DNA of 56,038 nucleotides, counting the filler, from Sphacelaria rigidula (lineage: Eukaryota), in the NCBI GenBank assembly GCA_964200075.2. It is 6 parts of 6 records of this genome, joined end to end, with 100 filler letters (N's around TTAATTAATTAA, not from the genome) between each part and the next. Parts side by side here need not be neighbours in the genome. Positions count along the whole stretch, not along the records: positions 28,071 to 37,326 come from CAXNAA020008906.1; positions 37,427 to 46,682 come from CAXNAA020008907.1; positions 46,783 to 56,038 come from CAXNAA020008908.1; 3 more parts are not named here. One strand, written 5' to 3'. Shown here piece by piece: positions 34,400-47,614 of this stretch (position 1 is the first letter of the stretch; every line of letters begins with the position of its first letter). Below the pieces are notes generated by a model. That model worked only from the letters and a program-made list of their open reading frames with translations, searched no databases and had not been told where the DNA came from. A program made the translations under genes and the position numbers.

Positions 34400-35360
34400 A
34401 ACGTAGCTGCTCATCAGCGGAACACCTGGTATGTGACCTTGCACTAGTCAGGCCAGATTTAATGAGGAGCGATGGTTTGTGTGAGGCGAGCGCACAGTAC
34501 ACACACAGAAGCAGTCAGCATCCATCAAGAAGATGCCGACTAAGATCTCACAAAAAAGGGAACAGCGCTGCCTTCGGCCAGTCGCGATGAACACAACTTG
34601 CACATGCCGTGGACGTAGTAGCACCAGCTACAGCAATGCAGAGACAGGGGAAAAGAAAGTACAGTTGAGGCGATGAGAGATACGTGCAAGATGAAAACAC
34701 GCCCCAGGTTGGTGGCCCGCCCCGAGAGGAATCCAGTTCCATGGAGAGCGGCTGCACGATTTCATGTCTTGTCTCCCGATTATCAAATGAACATGGTGTC
34801 AATTCAAATTTCGAGTAAACCCAACAGTATCATAGATGTCCCGCTGACAGTGGCACATGCAAAAGCTTGACACGACTTAACACAATGAAAGATTAACCTG
34901 AGGAAGTTACTGCCCCCGGAAACCGAAAACACGCAGCTGGAGCCGTAGCTGCTCATCAGCTGAGCACGTGGTGCACGACTTTGCACTAACTTTATCGGAA
35001 TTCAAACGACAAACGACAATTTGAGTGGGACGCGCGCACAACACAGGCACACATAGCGTCAGCACCCGTTGAGATGATGCCGATTCAAACTCGAAAAAGA
35101 AGTGAATAGCGCTGCATCCGGTCCGTCATGGTGAACAAAACTTGTATGCACCGTAAACGTAGTAGCATCAGCTGCAGCAGGGCACAGACGGGAAAACGAA
35201 CAACAGTTGAGACATGAAAACAAGATCAAAACACGCTCCAGGTGTGCTGCCCCGAGAGGAAGACCGTGTTTAATGGGAAGCGGTGACATGATTTCATGTC
35301 GTATCTTTTGATCGTCGAATGACCGCGATGCCGATTCAATTTTCAAGTAAAGCCGATACT
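34400..35360. repeat. Degenerate tandem duplication with ~545-bp period
   Basis: cgtagctgctcatcagc at ~34402 and ~34945, cccgagagga at 34721 and 35251, atttcatgtc at ~34759 and 35291. Confidence 0.8.
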
Positions 35361-37326
35361 GATTCGGCGAATTAAGAGGGATGGATGACGGTACCCCTCG
35401 CGGTTGAATAGTCTGCTGAGACGTGAACACAGGAGACTAAACGGAACGCACCGCAACGCCATAACGCCCTGACGCCATGCAGAAGACACCGCGGAAAGCA
35501 AATACACTCCGAACCTAAGAAGAAAAAGAACTCACCCTATTATTGTCCAGCGAAATGCAAGCGAACATGTATCACCAAAAAAGTCTACTCTAAAATCAAG
35601 TAGAGGCGAAATGCTGGCCTGTGGAAGCTTGAGAGCAAAATGACACCTGTCTGCAGGGAATAGATTGAGTCTCAATGCAATCACTGTAACTTGCACAAGG
35701 TTTTAGGCGCTTCGTCCCACCGCCCAAATTGAGCGATTCCAAGGCAAAGGATGATCTTGAGTGTTCGGACCTGGAGGCATTATTCGGAGGTTAACTCAAA
35801 ATTCAGAGGGAAAATGGTATCCTGGAAAGAGGATGTGTGCAGGTTGGCGTTCGCACAGCGGGCCTACAACTGCCCGTGCGGGCGAAATAAGGCAACCTGC
35901 CCAAGACCCGCCCGCAAAATAAGAAATGAACCACATCCAGTAACGAGAGTCATCTGCCAACGGGGCTCGATCCCGCGGGGTAGCCTGTGCATTGAAGTGC
36001 GCAACTTCAAGTAGAGGGCCCTCATCTATTTTAGACTCATGACCTGTATAACGCCTCGGAATTACAAAGTATTGAAGTACATTGATCTGCATAGCCAATC
36101 GCATCGCGCAGAGGAGGGAGGTATGGCACAACGATGTGGCGGCGCGGCCGAATTGGTGGTGCAGTCGTGTTGGCCGAAGGGACGGGTGGGTAGTGGATTT
36201 GCTGTCTGTTTGGATACATGCATCACTAACGCATCCACTGCAGGCAGCATATCGGCACCGCACCGAACGATAGAGTGAAGTTGCTGTATGCACAGCCCCC
36301 GATTACCCTTCGCACAACCTCAGTAAGCGCTGTGTGTGTGTGTCGGCACCGGCGGTTGTGCTGTTGGGTCAAGTGCGGTCGCCGACCTCTCGCAATAGAT
36401 CGCTGTTAATAAAAAATGTCGATGGAGATTTACAGTACATACTCACCAGTCGATGATGCCGTGGCCTTCTCGACTGCCTTGCTGTTTCACAGGAAGGTCA
36501 CGGCAAAGATATTGACTGTAGTTTGGACTCCCATACACGTGCAGGAAATATCTTCTCGTCATTCACTTTGCCGGGGCGGTGCTTGGCACGAGAGCAAGGG
36601 AGGGGTAAATCGTATGAAGCCGCTTGCTGTTGTGCAACAAACAATCTCTCCATAACGGCCTATCTGGGTGATTCAGTACCGACTTTCGCCGGCACACGTA
36701 GTTCGGCGGATCGTGCCACCTTATGAAGAATTGTTGCTGCACTCGCTGACAGGATTCTAGCGCATGTTTTCAAACTTTCGTGCACCCAGTTTGACTTTTG
36801 GCCGGATGAATATTTTGTCGAACAGCACACAAGAACAGTTTTTCAAGCAACCCAAAAACGTTCTCTGGGAGAGACCACGAACGTTTTTGTGGACTACTTA
36901 CTGTTTGACAAATCATACGTCCGGCCAAAAGTCAAGGTGGACCTGCGAAAAGGTCGGAAAGGGCGGGAAAGAGCGCTAGAATCCTCTGGGACAAGTTCAG
37001 CAAGACTTTTCGAGGTGGCACAATCCGCAAAGTCACGAAATACTACTACCGTACTCGGGGCAAAATTAGCGCTGAATCGCCTGACAAAACATATACTTCC
37101 TCTGTCCCATAAGCAAAGGTACCTCAATTTGTACGGGCCCTTAACGATGTCCGATCGTTTGTTTGTTTTTTTATGAAATTTACGGTGTTTTTTGGGTTAG
37201 GAAAATGTTTTTCAAATTTTCAGCTCGTGCTTGAACCATACCGCCGAACGGCTGCAAAAAAAGTAGTCGGCCCAAAAATGGGCGTTCTTTGCCCCTTTCC
37301 GGAAAGGAGCAAAAAACGCCCATTTT

Positions 37327-37426
37327 NNNNNNNNNNNNNNNNNNNNNNNNNNNNNNNNNNNNNNNNNNNNTTAATTAATTAANNNNNNNNNNNNNNNNNN
37401 NNNNNNNNNNNNNNNNNNNNNNNNNN
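37327..37426. other. Artificial contig linker
   Basis: Same N44-TTAATTAATTAA-N44 structure. Confidence 0.98.
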
Positions 37427-37811
37427 AAAGCACTGTTTTAGGCTTGAACCTCATCTCGAAGTTAAACCTCAATTCGCACAATTTGTTGTTATAGGCATGT
37501 TTATGGTGGGTAAGCACGACGGACGGGGCGATTAACAACCTCTGGGCGCGGCAGCTACCTGACAGTTCGCGTAATGTCGACGAACTCTACTGTGGCCAGT
37601 TCGTGTCGTGGGCAGTTTACCCCCGCTTGCACACTATTATAGCTTCCCCCCTTCCCATCCTCAAGTTATAAACGGCATGAACCATAAAAAGACCGAATAT
37701 ATGGATCAGGATTTTCCTGTTCATCTTCCGGCAGTAACACCACCACATGTTTTTATCCAATGCACCGTATGTGTGCCAGCGATATCGTCAAATCGACTAC
37801 TGGGTGCATAC

Positions 37812-40800
37812 CCGAGCTCTGCCTTGAGGGTCCGTAGTGCGCATAACCGGGTGGGGAAGTAGCCGGCAACGTCCGCAAAGGGAATATCCGTGGCCCATCG
37901 CCTGTCTCCGATCAACCGCCGGTAGTTCGCGTCTCCCTTTACGAAAACCAGCTCACTCTCGCTTGCCAGCTCCTGCATTTCGTGGGAAGATGTGCAGTAA
38001 CTTTTGCTTACAGTCAGTACTATTATAGCGAGAAACACAGTTCAGTCAAGGCCTCAACAATATTTTCTCCCTGTCATACTTTCAACCTGCCCTCCTTCGA
38101 GATGAGTCCGTAGTATCAGGGGATTGACCCACCTCTCCGCCGATGCCTACCTGGTATGTTGATATCTCGGGCTGGATCAACAACCAGCAATCTCGCGCTG
38201 AGTCGAAGTTCGTCAGGTTTCTTTGCTACCCGCGTCCTTACGTTTCCCACTATGAAAATCAGATACTTTTGGAGGGGAAACTATAAAATTGTATCTGCTG
38301 CTACTGGCGATTGAGCCCCCAACTCCGCTTTAACCATTTTCATTCCGTATTCACTACATCCTCGGGGCGTGGCATTACTGTGAAATATATTGGGTATATT
38401 TTGCGTGTCTTGGCCGTACTCTTGAAATGGGTATGCTTTCGCTTGTTGGTTGTTCTGGCAACACCATGGTTCTTTTTTGGCATCCATCACGAAAACACGA
38501 GGACACCATCCGTTTTCATCCGCTATTCATTGTGATCAAAATGAGTTGTTTCCGACGACATTACATTACTTTCTAAAGATGGCATGCATTATTGAAAACA
38601 GAAATAATATGTCCGTTTACTCTACGATTGTATTGCGTTTCTTCACCAAACCTTTCGAAGCCGTGACGGCATCTCCCAGAACGGCCGCGGTTGTGCCCAG
38701 AAGAAATCTTCCCTCAGTTCCCACCTGCCGTCCGCGATCAAGCCCCTCCACCGCTGCGCTACCGCCCTCGCGCTGCGAGCATTTTCGTTTGTTTCGTTTA
38801 TGCAACACCCCCGATCATGACGCGAAGCGGCAAACCGCACATACGGTATATCACATGCACAAAAACAACAAAAACAACAAAAGAGCAGAACGTGCATGCA
38901 GAAGCAGAGGGTGAGGCAAGGGGCCTCAACTTTTGGGTTCCGACGAGCCTCGAAGGGAGCAAATTCTTCTTGTGTGATGACACAATACGAGCGCGAGATT
39001 CATGCAACGCGGAGGAAGAGCACATCTAAGCGTATCTTTCCACCCATGGTTTCCAGATTTCACCCCACTTTGCCATCGAAATTTTCCACTCGCTTTCTGT
39101 TGCGGATGTTTAGATTCATATTTGAGGGACTGGCAGTCGCAAGTGCTCGCCAGCGTGCACCGCACACGCTTTTGCTTGGATATCAACACCTGGCGTCAGC
39201 GATTTGAGCTATGTCAACCTACACTACCCACACTTTTTCCTGGGTACCCTCCGAAGCCCTATAGTCTCCAACCTCAGTTGCCCGAGGGTTTTTTGTTGGA
39301 GTTGGGTTGGATTTGGGGTCATAGTGTCATTCCGGTTTCATGTAGCTTCACAGCAGCTGTCGAGCATGTAAACTACGGAATTATATAACGGCAACCTTGT
39401 TCAAACACCATAAGTCCTTCTCGCGCTTGCACACTATGACAGTGCCATGCTGGTACCGCACAAAGTCTCACCCTAAATACTACACCGTGCCATATTTCCG
39501 TCACTGCACAACACAGCATTTAACAAATCTCCGGGGTAAAAGTAGGCACAGACCATCCAACAGCCCGCGACTCGCCAAGCCCACAGCTCGAACACTCCTT
39601 TCACTACTTCGCTTGCACCAAAACACAGCCCCATGATGCAAATCCTGCGGTTTGTACTCAGAGACAAACCACACAAATCTAATAAATTGATCAACATCAA
39701 AACCTGGGACAGTCGTTCACCGAGAGACCGGCGAAGAGGTCGACTATGGCTACCATATCCTTCGACCTTGGAACTTGTTCCAAAGAGATTCTTCGTAAGT
39801 ATGCATGCAGTACAGGAACACTGCAAGTGCGACGGTATTTGCACAGTTACCATAGCTCAAATACATTGATTGACCAATGATGGATTGTTGAAATTCGCGA
39901 AGTTTACATCAATCAGACCACTGAGACCACCCACCACCCCTAACAATCACACCTGGGATACTCGTTAATGTCAAGATCAGCGAGAAGGTCGATCATGGCC
40001 ATCATATCTTTAGACATGGCATCCGACACGAACGTGGGGTGCCCCTTGAGCTGGATCACCACCCGCTTCGCCGTTCCTCCCGTGGCTAGACAGTCGGCCA
40101 GGCACAGGTCGCAGAACAACTCGAACCCTTTTGTGTGTATACGCATCACCATCACGCCAAGACAGGGACAGAGAAGACGGAGGATCGTGGGGAACCATGA
40201 AATAGCGAGAGGAGTAGGGGGGGCTATCCTTGGTTGATCAAGCCAACAACCCTGCACCTCCACGTGGATAACTGTGGTATTCATGTAGATGTGCGCTCAC
40301 TACCTGTATATACGACAGGAAGAGCTGTTCCATCGTCCTACTCAACATCAAACAAGATCGAGACCACTGTTGCCTGCCCCAACTTGCAGGCCACACCCCA
40401 GGTGCATCCAATGACTAGGGACACGTCAGCACAGGGGCTAAGTACTCTCTCTACACGCTTGGTAGGGGACGTGATACAAATGCAGCGGCAAGTAGTCCAA
40501 ACGAGGAATATTAAGTCCATTTTGCGTACAAGGCGCTATGTGTCCAGAGGCCCGAGAAACACACGTACTCGAAGATGTGGAGGGAGAGAAGCTGAACGAC
40601 AGTATATCTCATGGGTGCAGAGGTAAGTAGCGTGAACATGAAATATGGGACAAGTTGCACGCGCAAGTTGCGATACGCTCAGGAAGTAAGAAACAAACGT
40701 TTTTTGAGCGACTGACAACAACGAGCACTCCTATTGAAACAAGGGGGCGGGGTTCGTCTTGACCGGATATACCCGAACAAGTCCCCTTGACGAAATTTTA

Positions 40801-43800
40801 GCTGACTCTGAACCCTAGCCCTGAACCCCTGAGTTTGAAAAGATGCTGAGCTCTTACAACTCACCGGCGTTATCAACAACGACGTCGATTCTGTCTCCAC
40901 CCCTTTTCCCGCAAGCCACCAACGCCTCAACGAGTCTGTTGGAATCATCCGCCAGCAGATTCTCCGAACTAGATTCTAAAACCTGCGAGAACACGTCGAC
41001 TGTCCTTCCCGCAGAACTTTCATCTTTTTGTTTTGTTTCGGAAGCAACATGAAGAAGAGTGTTTCGAATAAAACGGTGGATACAAGAAGACCGTATTATC
41101 GAATCAGGGGGAGGGGGAGGGGGAGCGGGGGGGTGTACTCATGATCTTGCATGCCCTAGTCATACGACAATTGACCTCGCATCCCTACAAAAGCCTGGAC
41201 GGAGCACGCCGAGCTTTCGCCGGACTAGGCTCGAGGGGAGGGGGGGGGGGGGGGGGGGGTACTCATTTGTCGCTTGCCTTAGTCGTTTGACCATTGATCA
41301 GGCATCCCCTTCGAGACAGAGCGCGTGTGAGGTGGGAAGGGAGGCACGGGTAGAGGATAGAGTGGAGATCATGATCTCATCTCTTTCTAGTATACATTCA
41401 CTCGGCAACCCGCCGGGATCCGTAAAATTCGTGAAAACGCAGCTCTCAGCATCCATGACATGCCGCTTCTTGTCTTTACGAATATGTTACCCGCTCCACT
41501 CGGTGGGTTTCTTTTGCTTCTTGCAGTGAAAACAGCACTTTAGGGTAACGGTCAAGCGTCGGGCATTCACATAACCCACGACACAATTCGAGCCGTACAT
41601 ACCGCATTCCCGTTCAGCGGGCACTGACTGTATCAATCGAAACATCCTTACGGTCATGGAGTACAATTTTTAACGCTGGACGCCCATGCTCTAGCGGCAT
41701 ACATCGGTAGCAATATTCTCTCGGTCAGTGTGAAGCTTTTCGTGCTTACCCACAGGCCAGATGCTAAGATCCATTCGGTTACCCCACAGCGCCGCGGAAA
41801 TATACAACTTCATTCCCGTCGCGGAGCCCAATACCTCCGCCTGGAGCATATAACAAAAATACGAGTAATGGCAAAACAGCAGATTCCTATTTGCTTGGTT
41901 TTCATTACTGAATCAAATTAATGCAGTGAATATCCAAAGCGCTGTAGGCGTATGCAACCCATCATATTAAAATACTTCAAAGTAAATACAAAATTAATTT
42001 AAAAAACGTGAGCGCATAACTCGTGCAGCATTGCCAATTAAACTCTGTATATCACAGCATTCCTTAAAACAGAATTGTCGGGTAAAACCCAATGCCAAGC
42101 ATTTTGCTGATAATGCCGTTCCTTCAGCATGTAGGACTCAGAATACGGATATCGTGTACCCCTTATATTTCGGACGAAGATACTACGCTAAAAAATAGAA
42201 TGCAGATCCAACTAACAAGCTGGTCGCCCCGGTGGCTCAGTTAGTAACCTCGAAACCCTCTGACGGTTGGGTCATGGGTTCAAATCTCGGAGCGATCTGG
42301 GATTTTTCTCACATCATGCCCAACAGTGGAGAGCGACTATGTCGTGGGTGCACAAAATTCGACTTAACGGCCGGTGAGGGAACGGGAACACTGAACCCCT
42401 CTCGCGATAAAAAATAAAGGCAAGCACTGCAAAAGGAAGGTGGGGCACTAAAAACAAAAAACAGAAAAAAATCTCCTGTGTTGACCTTCTTCTTGTGTGA
42501 CCCCTGCTGGTGCGCCCACATATCCCGAAAGGTATAGACCGGCGCCCAGAATAGATGGGACGACAACAGAGAAGTCTCCTCTACAATACAATAAAACGAT
42601 AAGGTTTAGGTATAGCAAGAGAGTAGTGAAACGAAACAGGGTCATGGTCCAAATCATACTCTCGTGGGGGAGTGACTTCATTAAGTTACACTGCAGTAGA
42701 GTAGAACATGACTGAGGGCAAAAAGTGGATGAATCATGCATACAGTGCATATTATTATTGAAACATGTGAGTGAAATCAGACTGGCCTACTGAATATATG
42801 TTGGTCGGCGCAGCACAGTATACGCTCCCCTTCCATCCCTACCGCAGCCCGAAGGCACAACCACAAAGGCATACACAAAAACGGTCGGGTACGAAACCGG
42901 ATGAAATACAGGGCGAAAAGCGCTACTCGCTGTTTTACTCACATCTGTCGCCAGCAAGCGCTTCGCCAAGGCCTCGATAGAGCTTAATGCCGACGTAACC
43001 CCTAGCATCTTTGGTCCGGAGAAGGGATCCACTCCTGAAAGACGGCAACGATGGCGACACCAAGTGCGACACACACACAGGGTAAAAAAACGTGCCTATA
43101 ATAGGTGGAGAAACAAAACAGCCAAACTTCAACAGATTTCGAAACATACGATGCGTTTTCAAACACAACAGCTGCAACATGACCACGCAACACATCATGG
43201 AGGCCCACATTTATCGTTTTGGCTGTTGAGTTTTGAGAAAATCAATGATACAAGCCATGAACAAGTCGTGACTGAACCAGCCGAATCGAAAATGAAGTAG
43301 AGTCAAAGACATGAAAATAAGACGTGTTGGGTGCAGCTTGGACGTTTCGGATGACGCTTTTACAACGAATATAACCATTTTTATGTTTTCGTTCTGGGAG
43401 AGTAAAGTTATCGAATTTCTGCCATGAATTATCAGCAACAACAACACATGGTAATAAAAACACAGCACTCGCGATTCATGTCCACTGTATAAAACTTACC
43501 CGTCTTGAAAAATGAAAACGCCTCCATCAAGCGCCTGTAGGCGTAAAACTCCGCGTAGAGCCACGGCGTGTCTAGCCAGTTCATGCCTAGGTACGGTTCC
43601 ATGATCTTGTTCCACTCAGAAACTTCTGGGCCTCCGTCTTCCGATATCGGTCTCAACTGCGTATAAGTGGATATGTCGATACGTCAACGTGAATGTACAA
43701 AACAGAAAAAACGGCACTGGAGTTGTCTTGCGATAAATTTCAATTCAAGGTATTATTTACAGATTCCATGTCATGTCACCAATGCAGAAATGTTATATAT

Positions 43801-46244
43801 ATATATATACATATTTCATACGTGTCTTGTGATGTCGATCTCAACTAGCCACTGACCGCGCACGTATGAAATATGTATATATATATATATATATATAACA
43901 TTTCTGCATTGTCGCATGCAATGTTGACGATGGGTGAACTGCTAATTATTCCCACCAATATTTCTGACAAGCAGAATTCGGACTATGCACGTCAGTAAAA
44001 CGCAAACGTTGAGCTCATTCCAGAACACTGTGAGCGACGTTATGTCATGTTCTGGTCGCATAACTTTGATTTGACTTCATTTCTCGGATTCAACACATCG
44101 AATTTGACTACGTAGAGTCAGCCCGTGGTGACGCGACACAACATTCTGCGGGAAGCACAACCCCGTAAATGCACGCACTCCCTCTTGAGAGAGGGTACCG
44201 TACTTGTACAAATACCTATATACTCGTACGACAACGCGGATGGGCGTGTGCGGAGCGTGGCATACACGGGCGCAGTGCGACACGCTTTTGACAACCAGCC
44301 CGCGGACCAGCGAACGAGGCCCAGTCACCGCACTCTGCAGATTTCGGGCCGTGGGTTTCAAGAGCTTGACCAAACTGAAAATGCGCATTGAAGAGCAACG
44401 CTAGTATTTCGTCCGCACACATGATACGGGTTAGCCTTGGGACCATCTCTTGGCCGTTGATAAAAAATATCCGAGTTACTTCCCTCCGCACCGCATCAAG
44501 CATTGATTGAGTACCACTCATTGATTTTTTTATTGATTAACTGTCGCACTGTATATGACCCCCCAGGAGTCCAGCCGTGGTCGCACAACCTTCCAGTGAC
44601 CATCCACTTCTTGATAGTGCTACACGCAATTCAAGCCATCATATTTGGCACAACCAAATCTCTGAGGCTGTGTACCGCAAAATGAAAACCATAAAGTTTG
44701 CTAGCGGGAAGTGCCGATCGCAGTTTGGTTGGTTGCATGATAGACGTACCCAAGAAAAGCAAATCTGAAACACTCGCTCAAGAAAAGGAGGGACAGAAAA
44801 AAGTCGGACAGAACGACATGGCAGACTAAGACGTGAAAAGAGAGAGAGAGAGAAGAATGAAAAAGTCAATAAAAGCAAAGCACAGAACGAGAGGCTGCAC
44901 CTTGGAAAGCTCGGGAGTCTTGAGGTCCTCCACGAACGCGTCCAACCCGGCCTTTGCCAGCTCCATGCCCGGCGCATCCATATCATTGTCATCATAGATT
45001 TTCATCATAATGTTCTCGCGGAGTCGCCGAGACTGATGTTCCTCTCATCCCCCCCAGGAACAAAATAAAAGAAGAAAGAAAAAACAATCTTTAAGTGGCC
45101 CGAGGCACAAGAAAAAACAAGAGACCCTTCCAGAAGCTCTCGCTCGCCTAGTTTTCGAGTCATGACTTGAACGACTTACACACAAGTTGGTTTCCGTGGT
45201 ACGAACAGCCATGCTTCGTGTATTACTGACCATTTCTCATTCTACTCGATGCTGGATAAGTTGGCCCCCGAGGAAATGAAAAATGCCTAGCAAACCACAG
45301 TTGATGTAGTGTGGACAACATCATCTGAGCACTTTTTGAGGTCATAACTGCAAAACTGGGCGGGGAAAAAGCAAGAGCAGCGATAAGTTTTACCTTGGAA
45401 CCATCTCATACATTACCATAAGCATCTAACGATAGGTGAGTCTCTCCCGGACATCACTAAATGTGCGACGACCAATCAACTAATCAAATAATCGAGCATG
45501 ACCCGAAGCTGGGGATGGATCAGACATCCAAACTGGGTTTAAGATTTCTCTAGTATCTTCAGGTATCCGCAATGAAAATTTGATCAAAATCGGATCCTTT
45601 TGCGCCATACATCAGATGTACTGCGAACGTTATCATAATATCTGCTGCCTGTCTGACATTACCGTCATGATGATGGTGATGGATATGGGTAATATTTGAC
45701 GAGAGAGAGCGCTAGGCGATTCGAGCCACGACGTTTCCTTCGCCTTGTGCCCAGGGTCAAGTGGAACACGGTATACCTTCATCCCGAGGAAAACGGCAGC
45801 GAGAGAATCACACTCTTGGTGAGCGCACGCACCACAGGCTTTGTGTGCTCTGTGGACTCTCCGTTGGCACACATTTCAATGGATAGCCACCGATTGAGAA
45901 TCCCCTATAAACTTCACTTCCTGATCCAAGGGTTTCAGGATTACTTTCCCGACTAAACCCAAGACACCACTGTTCCCGTCTCTTGTCTATCCCACCTATC
46001 CACCTCGCCGCTGTTTTTCTCCACCCTACTCTATATCGCTCGCTGTCTGGCTCACCATGGTGTCGTAGGCCCAGGATCCTGGCTGGTTTGAGAGGATGAT
46101 GTCGGGCAGGGGAGCCCGAGGGCGCAAGAATGCCTCATCGTTGTCTTTCGCCGCCGCCGCCGTCTCCTGAGCCTCTGCCGAAGCTGCCATCGCTGTTATG
46201 CTGACGGCTTTCAGCGGCCTTGTCGCGAAAATTCTTTGCTTCAT
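37812..46244 (-). CDS. ARMT1: ARMT1-like / DUF89 metal-dependent damage-control phosphatase, nine exons; last exon(s) beyond the contig end
   Basis: Exons 46244-46056, 45032-44901, 43656-43500, 43034-42943, 41840-41750, 41023-40865, 40127-39953, 38772-38652 and 37972-37812. All are GT-AG and phase-consistent. Motifs: PWLYAEFYAYRR, DPF..K, LWGNRMDLS, VVDNAGFELFCD, KGHPTFVSD, FVKGDANYRRLIGD, LRTLKAE. The start codon is tentative. Confidence 0.92.
38080..38280 (-). mobile_element. 5'-truncated SINE family 1 copy (intronic)
   Basis: gatgagtccgtagtatcaggggattgacccacctctcc...ggatca...atcagatac matches 27332-27510. Confidence 0.7.
41125..41325 (+). repeat. Two adjacent G-run/GTACTCA-headed short repeats
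   Basis: 41130-41235 is related to 13545-13673, 28140-28185 and 55990-56038. 41257-41325 is related to 29678-29745 and 16280-16400. Confidence 0.75.
42226..42566 (+). mobile_element. tRNA-derived SINE family 2 (intronic, antisense to ARMT1)
   Basis: Head GCCCCGGTGGCTCAGTTAG (A-box) and GGTTCAAATCT (B-box), followed by a ~270-bp body. The same head occurs at 46606. Confidence 0.75.
43780..43911. repeat. Intronic near-perfect inverted repeat (hairpin)
   Basis: caatgcagaaatgt(ta)n catatttcatacgtg, then a 36-nt loop, then cacgtatgaaatatg(ta)n acatttctgcattg. The arms differ only in TA copy number. Confidence 0.9.
44500..44840 (-). mobile_element. (AATC)n-tailed retroposon 3' end with ~140-bp extra internal segment
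   Basis: The reverse complement matches 9450-9607 at both ends (cttagtctgccatgtcgttctgt.. and gaccacggctggactcctggggggtca..agtgcgaca..aatcaat). Confidence 0.7.
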
Positions 46245-46605
46245 GGTCACGACCGTTGATTACAGAAGATATAGGGGGGGGGAGTGGGTAGAAGAAGTGG
46301 GTACATGTAGAGGGCAAAGGTGGGTGCACGAATTGGGTTGACAGCGAGGCACAATTGATGTCAGAAATGAAGCAGGTTACGAATACGCCTCGGTATTTCT
46401 GCCCGCCCGTGGTCAAAACGAGAAACAAAATTCAAAGTAGCCAAGGCTGGACTGGGTGCAAGTTTCGCATCGTGCGAGAGAGAGAAGGCTCGAAGGCTAG
46501 ATGATTCGCATGCATCGTGCGCGGTACTCTCTGTATTGTCATGTAGCTGCTTTCCTCCTCTACCTTCAGCTCACACATCAACAAAGACATTCACACGTAC
46601 ACGCC

Positions 46606-46682
46606 GCCCCGGTGGCTCAGTTGGTAACCTCGTAACCTTCTGATAATTGAGTTGTGGGGTTCGATTCCCGGAGTGACCTATG
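46606..46682 (+). mobile_element. SINE family 2 head cut off by the contig end
   Basis: GCCCCGGTGGCTCAGTTGGTAACCTCG...GGTTCGATTCCCGGAG is near-identical to 42226-42295. It cannot form both the T-stem and the acceptor stem. Confidence 0.7.
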
Positions 46683-46782
46683 NNNNNNNNNNNNNNNNNN
46701 NNNNNNNNNNNNNNNNNNNNNNNNNNTTAATTAATTAANNNNNNNNNNNNNNNNNNNNNNNNNNNNNNNNNNNNNNNNNNNN
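46683..46782. other. Artificial contig linker
   Basis: Same N44-TTAATTAATTAA-N44 structure. Confidence 0.98.
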
Positions 46783-47614
46783 ATGACGTTTTTGTACTGC
46801 ATAGAGTACAGGGTGGGTCTGATATTGTTGAGCAATAGCGTGTCGGAGTGCGTTTTTTTTACAATGGGCGGGTTCACGTCAGCAATCACCCCGCACTGGG
46901 TACTAGCGGGGTGCAGCGCGTCACGTCAAACGTTGCACGCACGGCCAAATTCGACTACTCTTGAGCTGAAACTTCACGTAGACTTTCTGAACCCAAGGAA
47001 ATACTGCGTCCCGTGAGCAGCTGCAGATTCTCATTTTTTTGCTGGATTTATGATATCGTCTTGTTTTTGCTGAAATTTCAAATCTCATAACTTCCTTACT
47101 ATTCTTTTCTCCGCTTCTCGCGTGATGTTGTGCATGTTGATCATAAAAAGCTGCCGTCAAAATTTCAGCGCCCAACTCGTAATATCACGCCGTGTGTCGC
47201 CTGAGCGAGATTCGTACCCACTCTTGGGTGGCCCAGCTCGCAGTGGTTCACTCCTTGACTATACAACTCAATGCAAGGAGAGGGGAGTAATGACTACTGA
47301 GGGAGAGCAATGGGGTGATCCCTCGATAATACTCATACTATACCTGATACGGAAAAGAGGACAGGCGGGCGGGGTGGGTATGAATAGCGCATCAAGGATG
47401 GACGCGATAACGTCAACTGCTGATCCGCCTTTCATTGAACGATAGACTTCACACTCGCATTTCTGTGGAAGACTCGTGCCCTTCCTTCATGCGTGCAACA
47501 GTGCGGCAGAGGCCATCATCGTCATCCATGCCAAAATCTCACCAAAACACAGCACGCACGCTCCCTTCATCCATCAACTATCGTATCAAACCCGAAGCAC
47601 GATTCCTATCCCAC

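Noticed and set aside
46606-46682. Functional tRNA gene
   Set aside because: The T-stem and acceptor stem compete for the same bases, there is no clean anticodon arm, and the same head starts a 340-bp element at 42226.
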